NCBI GenBank assembly: GCA_965208835.1
Contig: OZ242358.1
Span: 5,088,001 to 5,152,000, forward strand
Source: Candidatus Latescibacterota bacterium
GTDB taxonomy: Bacteria > Latescibacterota > UBA2968 > GCA-2709665
Reading direction: 5' to 3'
Length of the DNA stretch: 64,000 nucleotides
The notes below the pieces were generated by a model. That model was not told the origin of the DNA. It ran no database searches and saw nothing but the letters and a program-made list of their open reading frames with translations. This document shows, one piece after another, positions 10,382 to 20,337 of the stretch; within the stretch, counting starts at the first letter, position 1, and the number at the start of each line of letters is the position of its first letter. The translations under genes and the position numbers were made by a program.

Positions 10382-11320
10382 ATGCCCCAGCGCCTTGTCT
10401 ATTTCAATGGCAGCTACGTCTCCGAACGGGATGCCCGAATCTCAATTTTCGATTCGGCCCTGATGTTCGGCGACATGGTATTTGAAATGACCCGTTCATT
10501 CAAGCAAAAACCCTACCGCCTGCGCAACCACATGGACCGGCTTTATGCCTCGATGAAATACGCCCGGATCGACTGCGGCCTGAACATCGAGGAGATGGAA
10601 TCCGCCACCGAAGAGACCATCGAACGGAACCTGCCCGCGCTGGAGGGCCTGGACTATCAGATCATGCACAACGTCACCCGGGGCGCCCTTCCCCTGTATG
10701 ATACACTTGTGACCGAAGGCGTCAGTCCCGTCGTCACCATCAACGTCATTCCGCTCGTGCGCCACATCGGAGGCGCGGCACATGATTACCAACAGGGCGC
10801 CCACTTCGTGGTCACGCCCCAGCAATCCGTTCCGGCACGATACATCGATCCCAAGGCAAAGAACCGCAGCCGGATCTACTACCAGCTTGCCAATCTGCAG
10901 GCGCAACGCATGGAAACGGGCGCCAACGCCCTGCTCACCGACGAGCACGGGTTCATCACCGAAGGCACCGGAAACAACGTCTTCTTCGTCCTCAACGGAG
11001 AGGTCCTGACGCCCAAGCCCCACAATATCCTGCGGGGGGTCTCAAGACAGGTATGCATGGAACTCGCCAAAAAGCTGAATATCCCTGTCAATGAGGCCGA
11101 TATCGAACCCTACGACGTCCGTAACGCCGACGAAGCCTGGTACACGGCGACCACCATCTGCATGGCCCCCATCACACGCTTCGACTTTCAGCCAGTCGGC
11201 GCGGGACGACCCGGCCCGATCTATCGACGGCTTATCGACGCCTGGTCGGAGGAGGTCGGCGTGGACATCCCCGCGCAGGCCCGGGAATACGCGAAACGCG
11301 CGAAATCCTGGGCGCCGTGA
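10382..11320 (+). CDS. Class IV PLP aminotransferase (branched-chain/D-amino acid type)
   Basis: ISIFDSALMFGDMVFE, catalytic K in KNRSR, EGTGNNVF, ILRGVSR. Confidence 0.9.
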   Translation: MPQRLVYFNGSYVSERDARISIFDSALMFGDMVFEMTRSFKQKPYRLRNHMDRLYASMKYARIDCGLNIEEMESATEETIERNLPALEGLDYQIMHNVTRGALPLYDTLVTEGVSPVVTINVIPLVRHIGGAAHDYQQGAHFVVTPQQSVPARYIDPKAKNRSRIYYQLANLQAQRMETGANALLTDEHGFITEGTGNNVFFVLNGEVLTPKPHNILRGVSRQVCMELAKKLNIPVNEADIEPYDVRNADEAWYTATTICMAPITRFDFQPVGAGRPGPIYRRLIDAWSEEVGVDIPAQAREYAKRAKSWAP

Positions 11321-11384
11321 TCGCCGGCGTAAAAACCGGACCACATCGACTCATTGTCCAAATCCATCACACGGAGCGACATCA

Positions 11385-12380
11385 ATGTCGTCATACAGAG
11401 CGGTACTCATCGGCTGCGGTAACGTCTCCGGCCGCCACGCGAGAGCCTACCTGGCACAGGGCAACGTCGAGCTTGTCGCCGCCTGCGACGTCAACCCGGA
11501 TAATCTGAGCAGAACCTGCGACGAACTCAACATTCGGGGTCGATACGCGTCACATCAGGACCTCTTCCGGCACGAGCGGGGCGTCGATCTCGTCAGCGTA
11601 TGCACCTACCCGATGGTCCACGCCGAGCAGACCATCGCCGCCGCCAACGCCGGCGCAAAAGCGGTACTGTGTGAGAAACCGATGTGTCTGAACCTGGACG
11701 AGGCCGACGGCATGATTCGGGCCTGCAGGCGGAACGACACCCGGCTGGTCATTGCTCATCGCCATCGCCAGAGTCCAAACTTCAACAAGGCGCGGCGTCT
11801 CATCGCCGAAGGCGCGATTGGCGAACCCCGCCTCGTCTGGAGCTATCTGACCAGTTGCATTGTAGACAACGGCACCCACATCGTCGACATGATGCGCTAC
11901 CTTCTCGGCGACCCGGAGGCGGACTGGGTGATGGGACAGGCCTCCCGGAAGCGCGACACCCTGTATCAGGGTTCCCCCGCCGAAGAATCCAGCGTCGGGC
12001 TCGTCGCCTTCAGGACCGGGACTCGCGCGGTGTTGGAAATGGGCGAAAGAACGCCGAAAGACGGGTTCCGCTTTCGAGTTCTGGGAAGCGAAGGGACGAT
12101 AGACGCCGCCCTGGACGAAGTGGTCCTCACCGACAGGAACGGCATCACAACATTTCGGGATGAACCCGTCCCGGGGTTTGTCGAACAGACACGGGAAATG
12201 ATCGCGTGGCTGGAAGGGGGACCCGAACACCGGAGCAGTGGTGCGAAAGGCCGGGCCGCAACCGAACTTCTCGTGGCCATGCACGAATCCGCCCGCACAC
12301 GCGAACTGATCGAACTGCCGCTCGAGATCGGGTATGATCCGATGAAGAAACGTGTAGGAGAAAATCAAGCTGTCAGCTAA
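11385..12380 (+). CDS. Gfo/Idh/MocA family oxidoreductase
   Basis: MSSYRAVLIGCG, CEKPM, DNGTH. Start trimmed to the ATG after GGAG. Confidence 0.9.
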   Translation: MSSYRAVLIGCGNVSGRHARAYLAQGNVELVAACDVNPDNLSRTCDELNIRGRYASHQDLFRHERGVDLVSVCTYPMVHAEQTIAAANAGAKAVLCEKPMCLNLDEADGMIRACRRNDTRLVIAHRHRQSPNFNKARRLIAEGAIGEPRLVWSYLTSCIVDNGTHIVDMMRYLLGDPEADWVMGQASRKRDTLYQGSPAEESSVGLVAFRTGTRAVLEMGERTPKDGFRFRVLGSEGTIDAALDEVVLTDRNGITTFRDEPVPGFVEQTREMIAWLEGGPEHRSSGAKGRAATELLVAMHESARTRELIELPLEIGYDPMKKRVGENQAVS

Positions 12381-12849
12381 ACGCGAAGAGCAAGATCAAA
12401 ATCCACCTCGCCCCACTACCCAGACCTGTCAAAGAAGCTATCAGCTATCGGCCGTCAGCTAAAGGCAAAAAACAAGAGTCAAAATCAAAATCCACATCTC
12501 CCCGAATTCCCTGCCTACGGCGTGTTTCTTGAAACCGGTGAGAGGGGAGACGGTAGAGGGGAGAGAAGCAGGAAAACCGGCCTCACACAAAGGCACGAAG
12601 ACACAAAAGGACACAAAGGGAAAACCGGAAACACCGACACGGCGGGCGACCACAAGGGTCGCCCCTACAAAGCCAATGACGGAGACACAAAAGGACGCAA
12701 AGGGAAAGGCGAAAAGCGGTGAGACGCAAGAGGGTAAACGGGAGAGGACCGCCCCGCGCTACACCCGGATTCGTGCCCTCTCTCGTGATCCATTTCTATT
12801 TAGCCGTGAGCGAGAGTCCGGCTTCGAGGGTGTCATATGGGAGAGTTAT

Positions 12850-14637
12850 CTACCCTTCTACCTTCTTCCCTCTACCTTCTTCCCTCCTTGATGACGGCGC
12901 CTTTTTTGGGGTGGCTTTGGTGTAGAGCCCGCCCCGACTCCGGTCATAGATGACCTCGATGCTCCCGTTATTCGATACCAGACGTGGCACGTTGCTACTC
13001 TTCTCGTCGCGGTCCGGTCCACGCATCACCGCCAGCTGCGCCTCATCCATCCCCTCCAGAAGATCCCCCCACCGTTCCTCCGGGGTCGCCATTGTCGGCC
13101 CGCCGTTGAAGTGCCGCGAGGAGTACCGCGTGAGAATGACGCGGCGCGGCACGTCGCTCTTCCACGCCAGCGCGCCGTGCGCCTGCGGGCCGTCCATGAA
13201 GAAGATGACGTCCCCGGCCTTCGTCAGCGGATGTAAGACCAGCCCCATGTCCTCGTCGCAGGTCCAGACGCCCTTCGGGATGCCGTACTGCGACTTGTGG
13301 CTTCCGGGCACGCAGGCAAATCCCCCGTCGTCTTCGGTGACATCCCGCAGTTGCCATGCCACGCCGACGGACGGCCCCCCCAGCGCATAGCTACGGCCGT
13401 TCTGGAAAGTATAGTTGCGAGACGGGCTCAACGGCTCGTTGCCGCCATGGAGGAAGTGTCCGGCGCCGCCCCTGGGCGTACAGATCGCTTCGAATCCCGT
13501 ACACCGGAAGCCCTTCCCGCCCATCCAGGTGAGGCGGTGGACCACCGCGGGGTGGGCAAGCATCTTCCTGAAGGGTTCACAGTAGGGCCTGGGCATTTCA
13601 AGCAGACCGGTTATGGTGGGCCGGCCGGTCCCGGCCAGGCTCTTCGACCCCATGGCGAGGTCTACGCTTTCGACCACGATGCGGTCTGAAAACCGGTCGA
13701 TCGCCTCGTTCGCCAGCGCCAGGTCTTCCGGAGTCATCACGTTTCGGAGGACCAGATGACCGCACAGGTCCCAAAAATAAAACTCCTTCTCGTCGATGTT
13801 CGAATCCGGATTCCTGATATAGATGGAAGGGTGGGACAGGTCGGGTTCCGGGTCCACCCAACAGGTCTCTCCATCGGAACTGAGCGTGGGAGGCGGGTCC
13901 GTATCGCTGTATCCGGGCTTGTGGAGCATCACACGCTGCTCCGGCGTCAGTTGCTCCATCCATTCCGGCTGGTCTTCCCGCCGTGTCTTCGGTCCGGTCC
14001 CGGTGGACTGCACCGCCGCGTGCCCCGCGTAACTGTACTGGAGCAGCTGCTGCGGGTGCTCCGCCGCTCCGTGACGGACGCCCTGCAGCAGGGTCGCCGC
14101 GCACAGCATCAGGTCTCCCGCGTCAAGCGACGGCTGCACGGTAAGTCCCAGGTCGTCCCTTCCCGTCAGCACGTCTTCAGGGGTTTCAACGTTGCTCTTG
14201 TGGCTGCACGGGACCAGCGAAAACCCGCCGTCTCCCGCGCTCGCATCGGACAGCGCCCAGATGGCGTGTATTCCCTGGCAGTGCCGGCGGCCGTTGAGAA
14301 TGTAGTAGGCCCGGCCGGCGTCCATCGGCTCATTGCCGCCAACGAGGCCGCCGGCGGCCCCCTCCGCGCTGCCGATTAGCTGCGGCCCCCTGTCGAGACG
14401 GAAACCGTATCCGATCAACTGGTTCAGGTAATTCACCAGAAGGGGATGGACCATCAGGTCGCGGAACGGCTCCCTGTGCGGCGCGGGCCATCCCAGCATC
14501 CCATTCTCGCTGCCTGCGAGCTCGAGCGCCCGATTGCAGGCTTCGATCTCTCCGGGAGTCAAAACGCCCCGCAAAATCAGGTAGCCCGAGATATCGAAAC
14601 AATAATTCTCCTCGTGGCTCATCTCTTGCCGGTCCAT
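12850..14637 (-). CDS. Tandem two-domain phytanoyl-CoA dioxygenase (PhyH)-family protein
   Basis: Two repeats of FDxxGxLxL...HP...GGFxxVPxSHKS...AGD; AGGAGG RBS 6 nt before ATG 14637. Confidence 0.85.
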   Translation of the reverse strand: MDRQEMSHEENYCFDISGYLILRGVLTPGEIEACNRALELAGSENGMLGWPAPHREPFRDLMVHPLLVNYLNQLIGYGFRLDRGPQLIGSAEGAAGGLVGGNEPMDAGRAYYILNGRRHCQGIHAIWALSDASAGDGGFSLVPCSHKSNVETPEDVLTGRDDLGLTVQPSLDAGDLMLCAATLLQGVRHGAAEHPQQLLQYSYAGHAAVQSTGTGPKTRREDQPEWMEQLTPEQRVMLHKPGYSDTDPPPTLSSDGETCWVDPEPDLSHPSIYIRNPDSNIDEKEFYFWDLCGHLVLRNVMTPEDLALANEAIDRFSDRIVVESVDLAMGSKSLAGTGRPTITGLLEMPRPYCEPFRKMLAHPAVVHRLTWMGGKGFRCTGFEAICTPRGGAGHFLHGGNEPLSPSRNYTFQNGRSYALGGPSVGVAWQLRDVTEDDGGFACVPGSHKSQYGIPKGVWTCDEDMGLVLHPLTKAGDVIFFMDGPQAHGALAWKSDVPRRVILTRYSSRHFNGGPTMATPEERWGDLLEGMDEAQLAVMRGPDRDEKSSNVPRLVSNNGSIEVIYDRSRGGLYTKATPKKAPSSRREEGRGKKVEG

Positions 14638-14692
14638 TTCCAACCTCCTGTATATTGTTCAATCTCCAGAGATAAGCTAATATGTAATATTC

Positions 14693-14722
14693 ATGGTACT
14701 TGTGGATAACCGGAGGTGTCAA
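14693..14722 (-). promoter_or_regulatory. Putative sigma70 promoter with a DnaA-box-like 9-mer in the spacer
   Basis: TTGACA-N18-TACCAT; TTATCCACA at 14701-14709. Confidence 0.45.
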
Positions 14723-15025
14723 CAGAAAACGGGACGCGCCGTATTGCGGGCAACCACAAGGGTTGCCCCTACCAATGCAACGACGGCACAGCGAGGGCAG
14801 GATGCCCTCGCTCCGATATTAGACATTCACGTGTCCGGCTGCATGGGCCGCCCCGAAAAGTGTTACCTATGTGCCCGAACAGATGTTACTCTCTGTAGCA
14901 GTCAGCTATCGGCCGTCAGCTAAAGACGAAGAGCAAGATCAAAAGCAACCGCTCCGCCCGACCCCGCAGACCTCTCTTCCCGGCTCTCTCTCCCGCAGGG
15001 AGAGAGGGAGGAAGACCGAAAAGGC

Positions 15026-15129
15026 GGGCGCCCACAAGGGACGCCCCTACAAATACAGCGACGGCGCGGAACCAGGATAGCTCACTTCATGGACGTTTGG
15101 TTCTGTAGGGGCGTCCCTTGTGGGCGCCC
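15026..15129. repeat. REP doublet (REPIN-like): two inverted GTAG REPs around a 54-bp spacer
   Basis: GGGCGCCCACAAGGGACGCCCCTAC ... GTAGGGGCGTCCCTTGTGGGCGCCC, exact reverse complements. Confidence 0.85.
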
Positions 15130-15179
15130 GGCCACTGGCGTTACACTCTCACCTCTACCCTCTTTGAAAGGATTTCACC

Positions 15180-16142
15180 ATGTCAGATTTGAAAGCGGCG
15201 GTGATCGGCTGCGGGGGCCACGCGCAGTCGCACCTTCAGATGATCGCGGACGAACCGCGACTCAGGCTGGCGGGCATCGCGGAACTCGATGAAGAGCGGT
15301 TGCGCATGAACCGGGCAGAATGGACGCCCGAGCAGGCCTTTGTCGACTATCGACAGATGCTGGACGCGTGCGCACCGGACCTCGTGTACGTTGTCACGAA
15401 TCCGGGGCATCTGCTGCCCATTGTAATCGATTGCCTGGAACGCGGGATCCATACATCGGTGGAGAAATCGCCCGGAATGAACGTGGACGAGACCTCTCGA
15501 ATGGCGCGCGCCGCCCGGGATAGCGACGGCAAGGGCATCGTGTCCTTCAACCGTCGATACTATCCCCAGGTGCTGGCCGTCCGGCGGCGCATCCAGGCCG
15601 GCGGGGGCGCGGTACACGTCGCCGCCACGTACAACAAGCCGTTATCCCGGTTTAAAGCCGCAACCCCCGATCCGGTGATCTGCGACGCCATACACCACGT
15701 GGACCTGATCCGCTGGTTGGCCGGTGCCGACCCGGAGGAAGCGGCGATACCGGTGGAGGTGCGGGGGATGGTGCAGGACGGCGAGCGCCCCGTATGCCAT
15801 CGTCACAATGCCGTGGTTCGTTTCGACACGGGCGCCTTCGGCGTCCTGATGTGCCACTACGGCGTGGGCTACCGCATCCAGCGGGCAGAAGTGCACGGGG
15901 AGGACCTGTCGGTGTATCTGGATCTGACGCGGGCGCCGCAGGTGGAGGGATATGAACGGGGAGAGGGATTTTCGGTGGGGGACGACGAAATCGAGGCCGT
16001 GGGCGGGGCGGGCTTCAACGAGATCGTCCACTTCGTCGACTGCATACTTGAAGACCGTACGCCATGGTCGACCCTGGACGACGCCGTTCAGACCATGCGT
16101 CTATGCGAGGCCATCCGCGCCGGGCACGTTGGGGAGTTGTAG
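15180..16142 (+). CDS. Gfo/Idh/MocA family oxidoreductase
   Basis: IGCGGHA, VEKSPG, FNRRY, DAIHHVD. Confidence 0.9.
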   Translation: MSDLKAAVIGCGGHAQSHLQMIADEPRLRLAGIAELDEERLRMNRAEWTPEQAFVDYRQMLDACAPDLVYVVTNPGHLLPIVIDCLERGIHTSVEKSPGMNVDETSRMARAARDSDGKGIVSFNRRYYPQVLAVRRRIQAGGGAVHVAATYNKPLSRFKAATPDPVICDAIHHVDLIRWLAGADPEEAAIPVEVRGMVQDGERPVCHRHNAVVRFDTGAFGVLMCHYGVGYRIQRAEVHGEDLSVYLDLTRAPQVEGYERGEGFSVGDDEIEAVGGAGFNEIVHFVDCILEDRTPWSTLDDAVQTMRLCEAIRAGHVGEL

Positions 16143-16224
16143 AGGTGCGGGGCTCGTGGAGAACGGGACGAGGAGGTGCGTCGTCCACCCTGGTCGGCTG
16201 CTGACTCAAGACCCGTAGAGTTCG

Positions 16225-18639
16225 TCACTCGTACCTGAGCGCGTCCACGGGATTCGCCAGTGCGGCCTTGACCGACTGGGCGCCCACGGTGAGCATGGCG
16301 ATCCCGAGCGCCAGACCGCCGCATAGAATGAAGATTCCAGGCTCAGGATCGATACGATAGGCGAAATTCTGAAGCCACCCGTTCATCACGTAGTAGGCCG
16401 CCGGCCAGGCCAGCAAATTGGCGACCAGAACAAGCTTCACAAATTCACTGGAGAGCAGCAGAGAAAGGTTCGAAACCGACCCCCCCAGGACCTTTCGGAT
16501 GCCGACCTCCCTGGTTCGCCGCGTTACGGACAGTGACGCCAGCCCGAGAAGCCCCAGACAGGAAATCAGGATCGCGAACAGAAACGTATATCCCGTTATC
16601 CTGAACCATCGATCTTCATTCCGGTATTGGCGGGCGAGATTATCTTCCAGGAAGGAATATTGAAATGGGCTTTCGGGCACAACCACCTCCCAGGTTTCCT
16701 TCAGAAACGCGATGCTACCTGCGACGTCCTCAGGCCGGATACGAATCAGGACGAAGGGTCCCCACGACCTTGGCCCGGTGTGCAGCAACAACGGCTTAAT
16801 TTCTCCGCGCAGGGAATCGAAATGGAAATCCTTTACAACGCCGATGACGGTCGGTTCGCCGAGTTGATCCCACGACTCTTGTTTCAGCGTTTTGCCAACG
16901 GGGTTCTCCCATCCGAGCATTCCAGCCAGCTTCTCATTTATCAGCGCGTACGATTTCAGGCTAGACGGCGCTGGTGTGAAATTCCGACCCGCGATTAGCT
17001 GAATCTTCAGGGTCTCAAGATAGTCTTGGTCGATTTGGACAATCCTTGCCTGAACACGCTCGCCGCTCTCCGTTACCAATCTGGTGGTATTGCGGCCGGT
17101 CGTAAACGCCCGATCGCTGATCGTTGCATTGAGTATCCGGGGAGATCTGGATATCTCCGCTTTGTACCGTTCGCTGACCTTGTCTGCGTCCCTCACCATG
17201 GCAGGGACAACGACCACCTGTTCTTCACGATACCCCAGATCTTTTTCTCTTACGTATCTGAGTTGTTCGAACATCATCGCGGCACTGATCATCAGCGTGA
17301 TGGTCAGGCCGTATTGCACAACCATCAGCGCCCTCGATCCCCGGTTTCGCCCACCAATTCCTTTCTGCCCCTTGAGTACCTCCACGGGTTGGATCCGGAG
17401 CAGGACGGCGGCCGGATAACTGCCCGCTACGAGTCCCGCGATGCCCACGATCCCCATGAGAGCCACCATCGTTCCCCAACCGTCCAGGTAGCGGATACTC
17501 AGATTTTTGCGTGCCAGATCATTGAAGACGGGTAAAAACAACTCCGCCAGAGCGATTCCCATCGCCAGAGCAACCATGCTCAAAAACACCGCCTCGCCCA
17601 AAAACTGCTCTACGAGTTGCATCCTTTGGGCTCCGAGCACTTTTCGCATGCCCACCTCGCGCGCGCGGCCCACCAACCGGCCGGCGGTCAGCGTCATATA
17701 ATTGATACACGCAATTGCCAGCACAAGAAGCGCAAGCCCGGACAGCACGTAGGAGTAGAACACGTTGCCTCTGGCTTCGTACGAGTTCCTTCTGACCTTG
17801 GAGTTCAGATAAACGTCTCGCAATGGCTGGATTTGCAGCAAAAACCCGTCGTCCGTTTTCCTCACGCGACCATGCGTCTTGTAGAACTCGATTCTGTCTC
17901 CGAGGTGCTTCTCGGCGAATGGCGGGAGTTCCGCTTCCAGGGCCTTTATATCCTGTCCTTGCACGAGTTGGACGTACACGGAGGCCTTCGCATTCAGCCA
18001 GTCTGAATTAGTCCCATAGTTCTCGTAGTATCCGATCGGGATAAGTAAACTGAATTTCAGGCTGGAAGTCTCGGGAACGTCCAGCATCACACCCGTGACG
18101 GTAAACTCCTTTACTCCAACCATTAGCGGTTTCCCCAAGGCTGCTGTATATCCATCTTCCGGATTCCCGAAGAGCTTGCGGGCGACGGTCTCGCTGATTA
18201 CAGCACCGTCCGGCCGTACCAGGGCCGTCGCAGCGTCTCCTGCGAGGAGCGAAAACGAGAATATCTCCAGAAACTCGGGGTCCACCAGCCCGAAGGATTC
18301 GCGCAAGAAGACCTGGTGGTGTGAGACCTGAGCCCTGGCACGCAGGAATCCGCTTGCCCGCTCCATTCCCGGGAATTCCTCTTTCAGAGATGCTGCAAAC
18401 GTTGTAGGATGAAGGGTTGAATACCCGACACTGCCGTCAGGCCTGGTTTCCTGCACGATCACGCGAAAGATGCGGTCGGCATTCTCGTGGAAGGCATCGT
18501 ATTGCCACTCGTGTCTGACGTAGAGAAAGATCAGAATACAGCAGGCAAGACCGACTGCCAGTCCGAACACGTTGATAAACGCGTACAGCTTCTGCCGGAG
18601 CAGGTGTCGCACGGCCACGATCAGGTAGTTGCGGAACAT
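16225..18639 (-). CDS. ABC transporter permease, duplicated MacB/FtsX type
   Basis: MFRNYLIVAVRHL, two RxREVGxRKVLG motifs, terminal NPVDALRYE. Confidence 0.95.
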   Translation of the reverse strand: MFRNYLIVAVRHLLRQKLYAFINVFGLAVGLACCILIFLYVRHEWQYDAFHENADRIFRVIVQETRPDGSVGYSTLHPTTFAASLKEEFPGMERASGFLRARAQVSHHQVFLRESFGLVDPEFLEIFSFSLLAGDAATALVRPDGAVISETVARKLFGNPEDGYTAALGKPLMVGVKEFTVTGVMLDVPETSSLKFSLLIPIGYYENYGTNSDWLNAKASVYVQLVQGQDIKALEAELPPFAEKHLGDRIEFYKTHGRVRKTDDGFLLQIQPLRDVYLNSKVRRNSYEARGNVFYSYVLSGLALLVLAIACINYMTLTAGRLVGRAREVGMRKVLGAQRMQLVEQFLGEAVFLSMVALAMGIALAELFLPVFNDLARKNLSIRYLDGWGTMVALMGIVGIAGLVAGSYPAAVLLRIQPVEVLKGQKGIGGRNRGSRALMVVQYGLTITLMISAAMMFEQLRYVREKDLGYREEQVVVVPAMVRDADKVSERYKAEISRSPRILNATISDRAFTTGRNTTRLVTESGERVQARIVQIDQDYLETLKIQLIAGRNFTPAPSSLKSYALINEKLAGMLGWENPVGKTLKQESWDQLGEPTVIGVVKDFHFDSLRGEIKPLLLHTGPRSWGPFVLIRIRPEDVAGSIAFLKETWEVVVPESPFQYSFLEDNLARQYRNEDRWFRITGYTFLFAILISCLGLLGLASLSVTRRTREVGIRKVLGGSVSNLSLLLSSEFVKLVLVANLLAWPAAYYVMNGWLQNFAYRIDPEPGIFILCGGLALGIAMLTVGAQSVKAALANPVDALRYE

Positions 18640-18738
18640 CCGAATTCCTCAAGGACCCACAGGGATGTGTGGATTGATCACCAGACGGATGGTATCCGAC
18701 CGCGTTGTGAGTTTCAAGTTCGCGCAGCTTGCATGCAC

Positions 18739-19428
18739 TTAATTCGGCGCTTGTTCCTTGATGTTCTCAGACACCACGTGGCCGTCGAACAGGTGAACGA
18801 CGCGATGGGCGAATCCGGCATCGTGCGCTTTGTGCGTCACCATGACGATGGTCGTTCCGTTCTTGTTCAGTTCCGTCAGCAATCCCATAACTTCATTGCC
18901 GTTGGCGGAATCCAGGTTCCCGGTAGGCTCGTCCGCAAGGATGATCTTCGGATTCGAGATCACCGCCCGCGCCACGGCAACTCGCTGCTGCTGGCCGCCT
19001 GACAGCTGCTGCGGGAAGTGCTTCTCGCGGTGCTTGATGCCCATATACTCCATGGATTCATCCACGCGCTTCCTGCGTTCTTTGGACGGCATCTTCAGGT
19101 ACAGGAGCGGCAGTTCGATATTTTCGGCGACGGTCAGTTCGTCGATCAGATTGAAACTCTGAAACACGAAGCCGATATTCTCTTTCCGGGTATCGGCTCT
19201 TTGCCGCTCCGAATGGCCGGAGACCTCCACGTCGTTCAGGTAATACTCTCCGTCCGTCGGGTTATCCAACAACCCCAGGACGTTCAGCAGCGTGGACTTG
19301 CCACAACCCGACGGCCCCATCACCGCCACGAACTCGCCTTCGCTGATCTCCAGGTTGACGTTTCGCAACGCGGTGGTTTCGACTTCTTCCGTTCGGTACA
19401 CCTTTTGCAGATCAACTGTTTTGATCAT
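18739..19428 (-). CDS. ABC transporter ATP-binding protein (LolD/MacB-like)
   Basis: GPSGCGKST, LSGGQQQR, ILADEPTG, VTH. Confidence 0.95.
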   Translation of the reverse strand: MIKTVDLQKVYRTEEVETTALRNVNLEISEGEFVAVMGPSGCGKSTLLNVLGLLDNPTDGEYYLNDVEVSGHSERQRADTRKENIGFVFQSFNLIDELTVAENIELPLLYLKMPSKERRKRVDESMEYMGIKHREKHFPQQLSGGQQQRVAVARAVISNPKIILADEPTGNLDSANGNEVMGLLTELNKNGTTIVMVTHKAHDAGFAHRVVHLFDGHVVSENIKEQAPN

Positions 19429-19444
19429 CTCGAGGCTCCTTGAA

Positions 19445-19482
19445 AAAGGGTAGACGTAAGACGGGAGAGGGTAGATGATGTG
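19445..19482 (+). repeat. 38-bp heptamer direct repeat, second copy at 19971-20008, bracketing the four-helix-bundle gene
   Basis: AAAGGGTAGACGTAAGACGGGAGA(G/C)GGTAGATGATGTG, 37/38 identical. Confidence 0.85.
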
Positions 19483-19536
19483 AGTGCCATATCGTCTGAT
19501 TTGTCGCATAAACAATGGCTGCGTTATTGGAACGGA

Positions 19537-19896
19537 TCACGACAAAGTCCTCTTTATCAATCCTGACAGCAAACCAAACAATCGGTTTATTGTTTCTGAT
19601 ATTGATTGAACGTCATCGTCCGAACACAATTGGAGGGTCAGTGCAATCTCAAGATGGGTATCCAATTCGACCAGCGAACTCCTGGCTATTTCGAGAAATC
19701 TCCTGCGTTCGATTTGTGAAGATCTTGCCGATCCCTCGGCGATGTTTGAAGGTATTGAGACAGCAGATCGCCGCAACTGACTGGTAATGCCATAGATTTC
19801 GGTGGAAGGAAATCCAGAAGTCAGGGTGTAAATCTCGTTCACCAGTTCGATGCTCTTTTTCCACACTACAAGCTTCTTGTGGCTGAGTTCCATCAT
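19537..19896 (-). CDS. Four helix bundle protein (23S rRNA-IVP / TIGR02436-like)
   Basis: L.VWKKS, FPSTEIYGITSQLRRSAVSIPSNIAEG, ARSSLVELDT. Confidence 0.92.
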   Translation of the reverse strand: MMELSHKKLVVWKKSIELVNEIYTLTSGFPSTEIYGITSQLRRSAVSIPSNIAEGSARSSQIERRRFLEIARSSLVELDTHLEIALTLQLCSDDDVQSISETINRLFGLLSGLIKRTLS

Positions 19897-20189
19897 CGTG
19901 TCTTGGCTCTATTCCGTTTGGCCTTGCGAATAACCAGGTGACAAGGTCTTTCCTCTAATGACTGCCAATGAAAGGGTAGACGTAAGACGGGAGACGGTAG
20001 ATGATGTGTGTGCTTGAAAGTTCCAGTGGTCGAAACAGCAGTGGCTATGCAATCTGCACGGGTTAAGTGGATACGTTGTTGTGCCAATCTCAAGACCATG
20101 GCGTATGTGTTTCAAATTGGCGTTCCGGCGCTATCCTTTTTGACCCGCCACGGGACCAGGTAGCGAGGTTCTTTCTCCTACTTCTTCCC

Positions 20190-20310
20190 GAGGTTAGACG
20201 TAAGAGTTTAGAGATGGCCCGCCTCGTTGGGTTTCAATTTATGCCGGAGGCATAGAGGTAGAACAGATCGGCAATGATCTCTTCTCCCGTCTACCCTCTC
20301 CCGTCTCCCC
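20190..20310 (+). repeat. Heptamer-flanked element, copy 4 (degenerate)
   Basis: TATGCC-GGA-GGCATA core, (TCTCCCG/TCTACCC)n right end. Confidence 0.7.
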
Positions 20311-20337
20311 ACTCTTAGGCTTCTCACCTCTTCCCTC

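Noticed and set aside
14701-14709. Replication origin suggested by a DnaA box
   Set aside because: Single 9-mer, with no box cluster, unwinding element or dnaA context
4547-15130. CRISPR array
   Set aside because: Repeats are dispersed palindromes or 7-8-bp tandems without regular unique spacers; no cas genes
19537-19896. 23S rRNA intervening sequence
   Set aside because: The flanks are ABC transporter genes; no rRNA sequence is present
19893-20115. Small ORFs upstream of the four-helix-bundle gene (possible toxin-antitoxin partner)
   Set aside because: No RBS or family motif, and the frames run through repeat DNA
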